Virus record (IMG/VR): IMGVR_UViG_3300022538_000825
Span: 1-50,560 of that record
Source: a virus
Taxonomy: Duplodnaviria > Caudoviricetes
Reading direction: 5' to 3' (one strand)
DNA: 50,560 bases
Below the pieces are notes generated by a model. That model saw only the letters and a list, made by a program, of their open reading frames with translations. It ran no database searches and was not told the origin of the DNA. Below, piece after piece: positions 8,880 through 18,900 of this stretch. How positions within the stretch are numbered: the first letter of the stretch is position 1; each line of letters begins with the position of its first letter. The position numbers and the translations under genes were made by a program.

Positions 8880-9140
8880 ATGTGGAAGATAATCAACCGT
8901 GGAAGCGGTGTTGATTTATATGTTAGGGGCGTGAAGTGCTACCTGGCTCCTAACTCTGTCATCAAGACAGACAATGCTGAGCTGGTAGAGGCGGCGAGGA
9001 AAGTTCCCTATGTGCTAGTCGTTGAGGATTTTAGCGGCTTAAATATGGGGAAGCTGAGAATGCTCGCCTCCCAGAGGGGAATTAAGAGTTCTAGCAAATT
9101 TACCAAAAAGAAATTACTTGAAAAACTGCAAGCGAGGTGA
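8880..9140 (+). CDS. Small protein with C-terminal HeH/Rho-N-like motif
   Basis: LNMGKLRMLASQRGIK...TKKKLLEKL; typical post-capsid position. Confidence 0.65.
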   Translation: MWKIINRGSGVDLYVRGVKCYLAPNSVIKTDNAELVEAARKVPYVLVVEDFSGLNMGKLRMLASQRGIKSSSKFTKKKLLEKLQAR

Positions 9141-9146
9141 AAATAA

Positions 9147-10025
9147 ATGAGTAGACAAGATCTTAGTGCTCTTGACAGGGATATAGGACAAGATTGGAGT
9201 CGGATTATCCAGGAGGCTTTTAAGCATGGTATAGACTGCGATATAATTCATGGTGGGCTCTTAGTAGGTAGACCCGAGCAGGGTTTATACGAACAAAGCG
9301 CTACCGCGAATTATCTAATAGGTACTCGTCGCATCTCTCCAGATGGCCGGGTATATCGCTATGCCAGAGCGACTAATATCGTTAAGGATTGTAAATACGG
9401 TTTGAAGTTCTGGGGTCAAATAGGTGATGGAATAACATATACCGCTCCGCTGCAAACTCAGGACATTGGCGATACAACCATTAAAGTTGATGGTGGTAAG
9501 GGTGCCGCTGGTGTCGCTGCGGATGAGCTGGTTGGTGGTTATGTTATGATCCATACCCACGGCGACCTTTATCAGCACTTTAGAGGCATTATCGGCAATA
9601 CCCTGGCTGATGCAAATGGATACGTTACGATTACCCTTGATGCGCCGCTGAAAGTGGCTCTTACTGTTAGCCACGGTGTAGAAGTATTTCCGAATCCGTA
9701 TGTCAGCGTGCGAACGGCCTCTGCAGGATTAGCGGGAGGTATCCCTAATAAATATTCATCTGTGGCCGGGATGCCAAATGTAAAGACCCTGGTAGCCAAT
9801 CAGTATCTCTGGATTCAGACGTGGGGTGCAATTTGGATAAATCCGCATGGTAGTTCTTGTAAAGGGGCAGCATCCGATTGTCGAAGATTAGTCTTTGATA
9901 GAGAAGGTTCGATATCTTCGCAAGGTGAAACAGTTGCCGGAGCTGTTTATACAGAACAGATTGCTGGTTTTGTTATCAATAGGGGAGATGGTCCGCCTTT
10001 GGTCATGTTGCAGATCAGTCCATAG
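9147..10025 (+). CDS. Probable virion (capsid decoration-type) protein
   Basis: Gly/beta-rich; IGTRR..DGRVYRYARA, YLWIQTWG; position after capsid. Confidence 0.55.
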   Translation: MSRQDLSALDRDIGQDWSRIIQEAFKHGIDCDIIHGGLLVGRPEQGLYEQSATANYLIGTRRISPDGRVYRYARATNIVKDCKYGLKFWGQIGDGITYTAPLQTQDIGDTTIKVDGGKGAAGVAADELVGGYVMIHTHGDLYQHFRGIIGNTLADANGYVTITLDAPLKVALTVSHGVEVFPNPYVSVRTASAGLAGGIPNKYSSVAGMPNVKTLVANQYLWIQTWGAIWINPHGSSCKGAASDCRRLVFDREGSISSQGETVAGAVYTEQIAGFVINRGDGPPLVMLQISP

Positions 10026-10049
10026 GATGGGAAAGATAACAGGCTTTGG

Positions 10050-10073
10050 GGGGCTTGAGCCTAATCAAGCCCC
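10050..10073 (+). terminator. GC-rich hairpin after the capsid block (no U tract)
   Basis: GGGGCTTGA-N6-TCAAGCCCC. Confidence 0.4.
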
Positions 10074-10112
10074 GTATGGATATGAAAAATTCTGTGAAGA
10101 TGGAGAATAACT

Positions 10113-10937
10113 TTGCCAAAGAAACCTCATACAGCTATAGGTAAATACGTTCACGAAGATGACGTTGACAACTGGCCTGGGAATTACGGGGATCCTGAGC
10201 AACAGGCTGTCATTGACCGCATCGAGGAACAGGTGGAACGGCTCACTAAGGACTGCTTTTACCCTAAAGCCTTCGATGTGAGAATTGACGGTAATGGCTA
10301 CAATAGGATTTTCCCTTCTTTCTACCAGGATCTCCTCTGGATTTCCAATGTGTACGTGAATGACATTGAGATAGGATCCAGTGAGTGGGAGTATGATAAG
10401 GATTCAGTCTACTCCAGCATACTAGCCCAGGAGTATCAGGTCCTCTTAGAGGACAGCCACCTATTCCCAGCAGGCAAGGGGAATGTGAGGCTCAAGGGGA
10501 CGGTTGGCTGGCCTGAGAGACTGGATATAGACGGTGTAAGTGGGACTTTCGTAGTAGGTGAGACCATCACCGGGGGAGCCAGTACCGCAACTGCCATCAT
10601 CAAAGAAGTGACCTCAATCTACCTCAAAATAGTGGAAAGAAGCTCCACTAACTTTAATAGTGATGAGCAGATTATCGGAGGTACCTCTGAGGCCACCGCC
10701 AATGTCAATAACACTGACGGCGCAGTAAATGACCCGCCCCTAGCCATCAAACAAGCCTGTGTAATTCTCTGCCGGTACGAGAACGATCCGACCCTCTATA
10801 CAAAATACTACAAAGGGACAGAGAAAATGGGGGATTACTCCTACTCAACCGCTGAAAAACCACTGGCAGGGGTCAGGGAGGCGGACGTCTTGATACGACC
10901 CTATGTTAGAAAAAAGCCCATGATCGGAGTTGTCTAG
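10113..10937 (+). CDS. Head-tail adaptor with inserted GETITGG repeat domain
   Basis: PLAIKQACVIL, EKMGDYSYS, LIRPYVR; synteny. Confidence 0.72.
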   Translation: MPKKPHTAIGKYVHEDDVDNWPGNYGDPEQQAVIDRIEEQVERLTKDCFYPKAFDVRIDGNGYNRIFPSFYQDLLWISNVYVNDIEIGSSEWEYDKDSVYSSILAQEYQVLLEDSHLFPAGKGNVRLKGTVGWPERLDIDGVSGTFVVGETITGGASTATAIIKEVTSIYLKIVERSSTNFNSDEQIIGGTSEATANVNNTDGAVNDPPLAIKQACVILCRYENDPTLYTKYYKGTEKMGDYSYSTAEKPLAGVREADVLIRPYVRKKPMIGVV

Positions 10938-11464
10938 TGCAGCACTTATTCAACAATCGTGTTAGTTTTCGAAGAGGCTACGAGATCCCCAACGGTTTTC
11001 CTCCTTACCCTAAAGTGTGGGCCGACATAGAGAGGCTGAATTTAAGCACTATCGTCGGGACTTTTACGGTAAAGGAGACCATCACCGGGGATAAGAGCGG
11101 AGCGACCGCAAAAGTGGGTCTAGTGGGCGCGGACTATCTTGAGATCTACGAGAGGAGTAGCACCGATTTCCAGGCTGGTGAGACCATTGAGGGGGGATCA
11201 TCGGGGGCTACCGCCAAGATTACTAGCATTAAGAGCCTAGCGAGCGTTCCCTGCAGACTGCAGCCCTACTCTGGAAGAGAATTATTTACTGCAGGAAAAA
11301 CGACTGTCTTTGCTTCCCACAGACTTTTTATGGCTATGCCCGTGGTGGCTATAACTGAGGCTGATAAGGTTAGATTCGGATCCCGGGATTTTGAGATCTC
11401 ACTGATCAAGGATTGGGATGAGGCAGGTAGATATTACCGACTCGATTTATTAGAAGTTAAATGA
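10937..11464 (+). CDS. Head closure/stopper protein with inserted GETIxG repeat domain
   Basis: VPCRLQP, ITEADKVRFGSRDFEI. Confidence 0.72.
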   Translation: MQHLFNNRVSFRRGYEIPNGFPPYPKVWADIERLNLSTIVGTFTVKETITGDKSGATAKVGLVGADYLEIYERSSTDFQAGETIEGGSSGATAKITSIKSLASVPCRLQPYSGRELFTAGKTTVFASHRLFMAMPVVAITEADKVRFGSRDFEISLIKDWDEAGRYYRLDLLEVK

Positions 11465-11632
11465 ATGTACATCAAACTAAGGAAAGACTGTCTGGGCTAC
11501 TGGCGGGGAAGCGTGATCGAGGTGGAGGACGAGGAGGCGGTGTTGCTGATCCAGAGGAAGATCGCATCCTACTCCTCATCCAAGAATTACATGACAAAAA
11601 GAGATCTGGATTTTGCATTAAAGAGAAGATGA
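11465..11632 (+). CDS. 55-aa small phage protein (not in track)
   Basis: MYIKLRKDCLGYWRGSVIEVEDEEAVLLIQRKIA...; ATG directly after upstream stop; more protein-like than the listed overlapping frame. Confidence 0.6.
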   Translation: MYIKLRKDCLGYWRGSVIEVEDEEAVLLIQRKIASYSSSKNYMTKRDLDFALKRR

Positions 11633-11653
11633 GCGGAAAAGGGGGTACTGAAA

Positions 11654-11872
11654 ATGGCTCCAAAGAATTCTAGTTTTGAGAGGATCACTAGGGAAAGAGT
11701 GGATAATTTTATCAAGATGTTCAATGACTTCAAAAGCAATGATTTTAAAGGTCTAGTTAAAAAAGTGGAGAAGATGGGACATCGGCCTACTTGGGCAGTT
11801 TCAACTATTATCTGGGTTCTTTCTTCGCTAACTGTGGGCTTGTTGGTACGGGCTTTCATCTTAGGGGGGTAA
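11654..11872 (+). CDS. Small protein with C-terminal transmembrane helix
   Basis: RPTWAVSTIIWVLSSLTVGLLV. Confidence 0.65.
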   Translation: MAPKNSSFERITRERVDNFIKMFNDFKSNDFKGLVKKVEKMGHRPTWAVSTIIWVLSSLTVGLLVRAFILGG

Positions 11873-11873
11873 A

Positions 11874-12224
11874 ATGTCTGTAAGGTGGTATGGAGATCGG
11901 CTTAAAAAGGAAGTAGAGGCCAAATGTGAGAAGAATATGGATAAAGCCTGTCGGTTTTTGGAGAGCGAAATAAAGAAGGATCTTAGCGGTAAGAGCCCCT
12001 CGGCACCAGGGGATCCCCCAGGGGTAGTGACAGGGACACTTCGCAGAAGCATTACATACGAGGTGGAAAGGGATGCTAAGGGCGTCACAGGCAGGGTCGG
12101 CACAAATTTGATTTATAGTTTGCCACTTGAATTTGGTTGCAGTCGTTTTAGCGCTAGGCCCTTTCTACGTCCAGGATTAGAAAAAAATAAAAAAGAAATA
12201 GCGAAAATCCTGACGAGCAAATAA
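11874..12224 (+). CDS. HK97 gp10-like neck/tail completion protein
   Basis: PGVVTGTLRRSI, LEFG...ARPFLRPGL. Confidence 0.9.
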   Translation: MSVRWYGDRLKKEVEAKCEKNMDKACRFLESEIKKDLSGKSPSAPGDPPGVVTGTLRRSITYEVERDAKGVTGRVGTNLIYSLPLEFGCSRFSARPFLRPGLEKNKKEIAKILTSK

Positions 12225-13754
12225 ATGGAAAAAGTATCGATCCTTATTCCCACGCGCCAGCGCTACAAGAAGCTGGCGAAGTGCCTGAGCGTGCTCTTTG
12301 AAAACACAGCCTACCCTAATTATGAGGTAGTGGTTATAACCGATAGGGATGACCCTAGATCCACAGAGCTTGTCAAAAAATTCGATGGTGTCAAGGTTCT
12401 CATCAAGGAAAAGCGAGAGATGTATGTCGGGAAAATTAACGAGGGCTATCATAAGACGGACTCCCCCTTGGTAGTCTTCCTTGCTGACGACGTGGAGGTC
12501 AATCCCAACTGGCTGACCGAGGCGGTGTCAACCTTCAATGAGTCATTCCCCGACGGGATGGGGCTGGTCTCCTTCCAGGATGAGTTCGACGACAGGCTCG
12601 CCCCCCACGGGCTGATCTCCAGGAAATATGTTGAGGAATTCTTAAATGGGAATATCTTCTATCCTGGGTATGTCCATTACTGGTGCGATACGGAATTGAC
12701 CGTTAGGAGCAAGCGATGGGGTCGATTCGTCCATTGTCCCAAAGCAATTACGAAACATCATCGGGCAAGGAGAAAATTGAAAGGAAAAGTTTGGAAGGAC
12801 GACCATATACGACAAGAGGCTCGTAGCACCATGAAATCTGGGCAGAAGATTTCAACCCAGCGGTGCTGCTATGGATATCCAGATATAATGCCAAACTTAG
12901 GGAAGTTTAAATTGCCAGATAAAGTTAAGCTGCATTTCACGCCAACAGAAGAGCTCTATTTTTACGTGGGTTTTGGGGTTGACACTAGAAAAAAGTTTGA
13001 CTGGGAAACTGACGGTAAGACGGCAGAATATTTACTTAACCTTTGTCCTATGAATTTTGAACCTGTGGATCTAGATATTTCTTCTTTTGCTAAAGAGGCT
13101 GGTTTGGTTATACACAAACCAATAGAACTATCCGATATAACAGTTGTGACCATTGACGGGTATCCTGGAATGCTGGGGAAATATCTTCTGCCTTGTTTGC
13201 CTAGAGAGGTTGAGTTCATAAGGCTGGAGAATTCTAACAACCGAAATTGGGCTTGCGGGGCAAAAGCTCTGAATTGTGGGATAGAGAAAGCACATAACGA
13301 TATAATCATGTGCGTTCATCCCGATGTAGTTCTAGGTAAGAACTGGTTTCAGGATTTCATTCTCCAGGAGTGCAGGCTTAAGGATTGGGGAATTTTGGGA
13401 ATTGTGGGAACAGTTTATGAGGATGGAAACTGGGGCACGGCTTGGGGCCTCTCTCGACCTTTTTCTTGTCCAGCCCAGACGCTTGATGAGTGCTGCCTGA
13501 TAATTGATAGACGGCAGGGATTGAGATTTGATGAGAAAATGCTGGGTGATACCTGGCACTGTTATGGAATTGATTATTGTCTTCAGTGTCTCGATAAAGG
13601 ATTAGGTGTTTATATTTTGGCAGGAAATGCCAAACATGTTGACGATGGCACTTCTATCCATTTAATTCCTAGCTGGATGAAGGATCGGAAAGGGATAATG
13701 GAGCGAGTAAAGAAGAAATGGGGGCATAAATTTCCCTCCATACACTATACGTAG
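12225..13754 (+). CDS. Glycosyltransferase with two GT-A (GT2-like) domains
   Basis: VSILIPTRQR...FLADD...HYWCDTE; second domain ALNCGI..HPDV..TLDECC..WHCYGIDYC. Confidence 0.9.
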   Translation: MEKVSILIPTRQRYKKLAKCLSVLFENTAYPNYEVVVITDRDDPRSTELVKKFDGVKVLIKEKREMYVGKINEGYHKTDSPLVVFLADDVEVNPNWLTEAVSTFNESFPDGMGLVSFQDEFDDRLAPHGLISRKYVEEFLNGNIFYPGYVHYWCDTELTVRSKRWGRFVHCPKAITKHHRARRKLKGKVWKDDHIRQEARSTMKSGQKISTQRCCYGYPDIMPNLGKFKLPDKVKLHFTPTEELYFYVGFGVDTRKKFDWETDGKTAEYLLNLCPMNFEPVDLDISSFAKEAGLVIHKPIELSDITVVTIDGYPGMLGKYLLPCLPREVEFIRLENSNNRNWACGAKALNCGIEKAHNDIIMCVHPDVVLGKNWFQDFILQECRLKDWGILGIVGTVYEDGNWGTAWGLSRPFSCPAQTLDECCLIIDRRQGLRFDEKMLGDTWHCYGIDYCLQCLDKGLGVYILAGNAKHVDDGTSIHLIPSWMKDRKGIMERVKKKWGHKFPSIHYT

Positions 13755-13766
13755 GGAGTCAACATC

Positions 13767-14198
13767 TTGAAGTTAAACTTAGGTTGTGGGCCCAAAAGGA
13801 TATTGGGCTATGTCGGTGTCGACAAGGATGAGGAGATAAGACCTGATGTGGTAGCTGAGTTCGAGGAAGGTCTTCCTTTCAGGACTAATAGCGTGGATCA
13901 AATATACACTTCACATCTTCTGGAGCATATCACAAACTTCAATCCTCTAATGGAGGAAATTTTCAGGGTTTGTAAGCCTGATGCCAGAGTAGAAATCCAT
14001 GCTCCTTATGGACTGTCCGAGGAAGGAATAGCAGATTCCACACATATTAGACTTCTTTGTCTGCATACATTTGACTATTTCGATAGGTCCTCGTGGTATT
14101 CTGAGATCTATAATTACAACTGTAATCTTAAGGTGGAAGAGGCAGAAAGAATCGGTGATGGGATACATCTTGAGTTGAAGGCTATCAAAAATGCTTGA
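13767..14198 (+). CDS. Class I SAM-dependent methyltransferase
   Basis: LNLGCG, LPF..NSVD.I..SHLLEH, EIFRVCKP. Confidence 0.9.
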   Translation: MKLNLGCGPKRILGYVGVDKDEEIRPDVVAEFEEGLPFRTNSVDQIYTSHLLEHITNFNPLMEEIFRVCKPDARVEIHAPYGLSEEGIADSTHIRLLCLHTFDYFDRSSWYSEIYNYNCNLKVEEAERIGDGIHLELKAIKNA

Positions 14199-14628
14199 TA
14201 TAAATGCCCTGAAAGTTGGAATTTACAATAAACTTAATACTACTGACGATGAACCCAGTGCGGTAGCAAATCTTGTAACAGGAATTTTTCATAAAATAGC
14301 CCCCCAGGGGACATCATTCCCTTATATTCTCTATTGGATTGTAACCGGCAGTAACAAGGACACTTTTACGAGCTGGAGGGATTCGGTGCTGGCTCAGATA
14401 GACATATACTGTCAGAACAAAGACAAAAGTGGCGTCCCTGTATCAGGAGGCCATCATTGCGGGGTCATATCGGAGGCAGTTACCAGTTTAATGGATGAAG
14501 CTGTATTAGGTGAGGGGATATATTTTTGCCAGAGGCAAGGCCCCCCTCGGGATTTATACGAAGAAGATACGGGCACATTTCATCAGGTTTTAGAATATCG
14601 GATTGAATTACAAAAGTCCAAATCTTAA
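14191..14628 (+). CDS. Tail terminator (gp17/DUF3168-like)
   Basis: APQGTSFPYI, QIDIY, FHQVLEYRI; precedes tail tube. Confidence 0.8.
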   Translation: MLDINALKVGIYNKLNTTDDEPSAVANLVTGIFHKIAPQGTSFPYILYWIVTGSNKDTFTSWRDSVLAQIDIYCQNKDKSGVPVSGGHHCGVISEAVTSLMDEAVLGEGIYFCQRQGPPRDLYEEDTGTFHQVLEYRIELQKSKS

Positions 14629-14675
14629 TTTCTGACAAAATAGAAATATAAACTCGGTCTAGCTAACCGAGATAT

Positions 14676-14719
14676 GCCCTCTAACCGTGGCCACGGAGCG
14701 GTTGGAGGGCTTTTTTATT
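14676..14719 (+). terminator. Intrinsic terminator-like hairpin upstream of tail tube gene
   Basis: GCCCTCTAACCG / CGGTTGGAGGGC followed by TTTTTTATT. Confidence 0.7.
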
Positions 14720-14741
14720 AAGTATATGGAGGTGAACAATA

Positions 14742-15164
14742 ATGGCCGAGACGAAAGCAATTGCGGGGTATCTAGGAAAGGTCTATGTGGGGATTGCCTC
14801 CTCTCCTCTAAATGAGGTTGCAGAGATAGGGAACTGGACTGGGAATATAGCAGTGGATTTAATAGAGACCCCCAAGTTTCAGGCGGACAAAACTAGGATA
14901 GCCGGAAAGAGGGACTTCAGCGGTTCATTCGATGGATCTTGGTATCTCCAGGATACCAATGGCCAGAAGGTCCTTCAGGATGCCGTGCTTGGTGGAACGG
15001 TGGTCTATTTAAAACTTGAGGCGAAGGATGGCAACACTTACTCTTGTTGGGCTTTGATTTCTGGGGAAACATTAGGCGCTCCTCATGATGGAGGGCAGCC
15101 CATCAGCTTTGACTTTGCCTCCACCGGTAAGGTGGCACTGACTGTTGCATCCACAAGCGCGTAG
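14742..15164 (+). CDS. Tail tube protein
   Basis: 140 aa; IAGKRDFSGSFDG, ISFDFASTG; SD GGAGGTGA; synteny. Confidence 0.82.
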   Translation: MAETKAIAGYLGKVYVGIASSPLNEVAEIGNWTGNIAVDLIETPKFQADKTRIAGKRDFSGSFDGSWYLQDTNGQKVLQDAVLGGTVVYLKLEAKDGNTYSCWALISGETLGAPHDGGQPISFDFASTGKVALTVASTSA

Positions 15165-15278
15165 TAAGATTTTCAGGGCTGGTGTAATAAGGCTAGAAAC
15201 TCCTTGAGCCGTGCGGCCCTAAAGAGGAGCAAAAAACGTCATAAGTGGGTTGATTATGACAGAGATTAGGAGAGTGAT

Positions 15279-15713
15279 ATGACTGCATTACCAGATATGG
15301 CGGGGACGCCCCGCACAGTAAAAATAAAGGGCAAAGAGTACAAAGTTTCTCCCCTAGACATTGACGACTTGGCTGAATTTGAGCTTGTTATCAGGGAAGT
15401 GAGAAACAAAGCCCTGCTCAGATCGCTTGAGGGGTCTGATCTGGAGGATAGCCTGCTCGCGGAGGCTATCGGATCTGCGGCCGCAAAGCCAGTTACTCTT
15501 AAGGATATTGATAAGAACATGGGCTCGATGATAGGGGTGAGGTTCCTCCTCTGGTGTGCCCTGAAGAAGAATCACCCCGAGGTGAAACTGGAGACGATGG
15601 GTCTATTGATAGACCTCGACAACTTCGAGGAGGCGGCAGGGATAGTCTCAGAGCTAGGCGGAAAGGCAACGAAAAAAGCAAAAAACATGAAGAGGGGGCC
15701 GACCAAGAAGTAG
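15279..15713 (+). CDS. Tail assembly chaperone (gpG-like)
   Basis: Between tube and tape measure; in-phase slippery A AAA AAC at 15680-15686. Confidence 0.8.
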   Translation: MTALPDMAGTPRTVKIKGKEYKVSPLDIDDLAEFELVIREVRNKALLRSLEGSDLEDSLLAEAIGSAAAKPVTLKDIDKNMGSMIGVRFLLWCALKKNHPEVKLETMGLLIDLDNFEEAAGIVSELGGKATKKAKNMKRGPTKK

Positions 15714-15964
15714 ATTGGAAGCTTGACTTCCCCCTCATAACTCGGTTCTATGGAATCGCCCCCTGGAACATAGGGAAGCTTACTCTTTTCCAGTGGCAGG
15801 ATTATCTAGAGCAGATGGTGCCGATATATGAACTCTTTCATCCAGAGCCAAAATCTGGAAAAGGAAAAGCAACAGAAGAAAGTAAAGATCAGCGAATCAA
15901 AAGACTTAGAGCTATGGCTACAGTTCGAAAACAAAAACTATTAAGGAAGGGGATTAAGACTTGA
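15680..15964 (+). CDS. Tail assembly chaperone -1 frameshift extension (gpGT-like)
   Basis: Open -1 frame after the slippery site; FYGIAPWNIGKLTLFQW. Confidence 0.72.
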   Translation, partial: KKHEEGADQEVDWKLDFPLITRFYGIAPWNIGKLTLFQWQDYLEQMVPIYELFHPEPKSGKGKATEESKDQRIKRLRAMATVRKQKLLRKGIKT

Positions 15965-18900
15965 AAATTGCTGAAGCCTATATTGAGGTTGATACCAGAC
16001 AGGCGAAATTCGCCAAAGATTTAAAGACTATGGAGTCCTCGGTTAAAACCTCGACGGATCGTATGCAACAGAAATTTAAGGCCCTAGCTCCCACCTTTAG
16101 AAAAGTCGGTATGGGTATGACTGTGGCAGGAGGAGCTATTACAGCAGCATTGGGTTTAGCAGTAAAATCATCAATTGATTTTAATAAAGAGATGGCTAAT
16201 ATAGCCACCCTGATCCCGGGTGCTACCAAGCGAGTAATCGAACTCAAGGGCGCAATCAGGACAATGGCTGTGACTGTGGGAAAGGATACGGCGGATTTGG
16301 CGCAGGGTGCTTATCAGGTCATATCCGCCTTTGGTGATACCGCTGATACGGTAGCTATTCTTAAGATAGCAGCCAAAGCAGCCACGGCTGGTGTAGCTGA
16401 TACTACATCGGCAATCAATCTTCTATCCGCTGTTACTAAGGGATATGGTGATACTTCAAAAGAAGCAGTTCAAAAAGCCAGTGATTTGGCCTTTATGACG
16501 GTCAAATTAGGGCAAACTAATTTTCCTCAACTTGAAGCTAGTATTGGACGTGTGATTCCTCTGACCGCTGAATTGGGAGTAAGCGAGGAAGAATTGTTTG
16601 CGGTAATGGCTACTGGAACGGGAGTTACAGGTAAGGCTGCCGAGGTGTCAACGCAATTAAGAGGAATAATGCAGTCTTTGATGTCACCGACTGCTGATAT
16701 GACCAAACTTTTTGAAAAGAAGGGATATGTAAGCGGAAAGGCTATGCTTGCCGATTTAGGCTTAGCAGGGTCTCTCGAACTTGTCAAAAATATGGCTGAT
16801 GCTTCAAATATGCCACTACAGAAATACATTTCCTCGATAGAAGGCCAGACATTAGCACTGGCCTTGACTGGAACGCAAGCCGATACCTATACTCAAAAGC
16901 TCAAAGCTATGATGGATGTCACAGACCAGACTGATATAGCCTTCAAGGAGCAGACAGAAGGTGTTAATAAAGCCGGATTCGCCTTCAATCAGGCAAAGAT
17001 ACGAATAAGCGTTTTGGCTTCGGAGATAGGTGATAGGCTCTTGCCAATGGTAACTCCCTTGATTGAGCGGATTACTGAGATTGTGAAGCGAATGTCAGAC
17101 TGGGCAAAAGAACATCCAGTGCTTGCGGGAGTAATAGTCAAAACTACAGCGGTAATAGGAGGTCTGCTTTTAGTTCTTGGTCCGTTGCTTATAATGTTAC
17201 CTAGTTTGCCGCCTCTTATCACGGCAATTGGAGTTGCCTTCCATGTTGCCACTGGCCCTATAGGATGGGTCACGGCTGCAATAATAGCAGCTACTGCGGC
17301 CTTTATCTACTTTTACAAGACTAATGAGCAATTTAGAGGAGCTATACAAAAAACAGGAGCCTATCTTGAGTTCTTCGGCAGGGTGGTTGCAGAAGTTTTT
17401 AAGGCGGTTGGTGCGAATATTGGTACCTTCCTTGGCTGGCTCAGCGTTGAATTTCCTAATGTTTTTAGAGATATTGTTTCTGCCGTGGGGACGATTCTCA
17501 AGAATTTAGGGGCTAATATAGCAAATTGGGTTAAGTACCTTGGGGCTAAACTCAATCCTAAGAACTGGCTGAAGAAGATTGAGCCGCCTGACTGGACTCC
17601 TCTTCTTGAAGGATTCGAGGCTACGGTTACAGAAATTCCAAACCTTATAGGAATTAATCTGGACAAAGCCAAAGGAATTCTGAAGGAAAAGCTTACGGCA
17701 GTTGATGCCGAGCTCGTGAAGGTTACCGATGCTGCTAATGAAATGGGGAATACAATTGTCGGTGCGAGCATAACTGCTGGTGGAGCTTTGGAGGATCTCA
17801 AGGGGAAAACTAAGGAACTTAGTGAGGAGGAAAAGAAGAGACTTGAAGAGATTGCGGAAGCAGAAAGAGCATTAACTCAAGAGATTTTCGAACTGACTCA
17901 CACGAGAATGGAAATTGACCAGAAGGCTTTTGACGAGAGAATGGAACGATTAAGGGAACTGGGAGTTAGCGAGGAGCTGATTCAGAAACTTATTGCGGCT
18001 CGTAGAGCTAAGATTCAAGAAGAAATCACCAAAAAAGAGCTAGAGGAAGCTGAGAAGAGGAAAAAGGAAGCTGAAAAAGAAGCGGAGAAAAAGAAGAAGC
18101 TGGCAGAAGATGCAGCTAAGGAACGTATAAGGTTAGAGAAAGAGGTTACCGGTAAAGTATTCAGTTTTACTCATACAAGAAAGGAAATAGAACAGAAAGC
18201 CTTTGATGACTATATAAAAAGACTGAAGGAAAGTAATGTTAGCGATGAACTTATTAAGAAGTTAATAGCTGCTCGTCATGCTAAGCTTGAAGAGGAGAAA
18301 ACCAAGAAGGAAAAAGAAGAAGCTGAGGAGAGAGAAAAAATAGCTAAGGATGAGGCGGAAAAGAAAGCGGAAGAACACAAGAAAGCATTGGAAAAAAGAG
18401 AGGCTGCTGAGTTAGCATTTCGTGAAGAAATGGCAAGGTTAATGAAAGACGAAACCGCTCTTTTAAAAATTGAAATTGATAAGAGAATTAAAAAATATAG
18501 AGAAGAAGGTTGGACTGAAAAAGAGATACAAGAATGGGTTGCAGCGTTCAGAAAACAAAAAGAAGAAGAGGGAACTCGAAAACTAAGAGATGAGCTGGAA
18601 AAAAGGTTTGAGAATTGGAATGAATTTTTTAATGGAGTAAAGGGTCTCAGATTAAGAAATTTGGATGAGTTTGTGGCGTGGTGGAAAAATCTGAGTGATG
18701 AAGAGAAGAAAAACTTGAAAGAATCGTATGATAGATGGAATATGTGGAAGACAGACATTGAAAAGATATGGGATGGTTTTGTTTCTAGTATAAAGTCTGC
18801 TTTTGTCGATGCAGTTGTCAGCATTATAGCTGGCATGCAATCTGTAGCGTCTGCCCTAAATAGCCTCGCCGATGCCGTGTATAGCACCGTGATAAAAGCC

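Noticed and set aside
11461-11673. Listed 70-aa ORF
   Set aside because: The frame 11465..11632 gives a more typical small phage protein and avoids overlap with the next gene
12222-12227. In-frame TAA-ATG between the gp10-like and glycosyltransferase genes as read-through
   Set aside because: Both proteins look complete and zero-gap junctions are common in this genome
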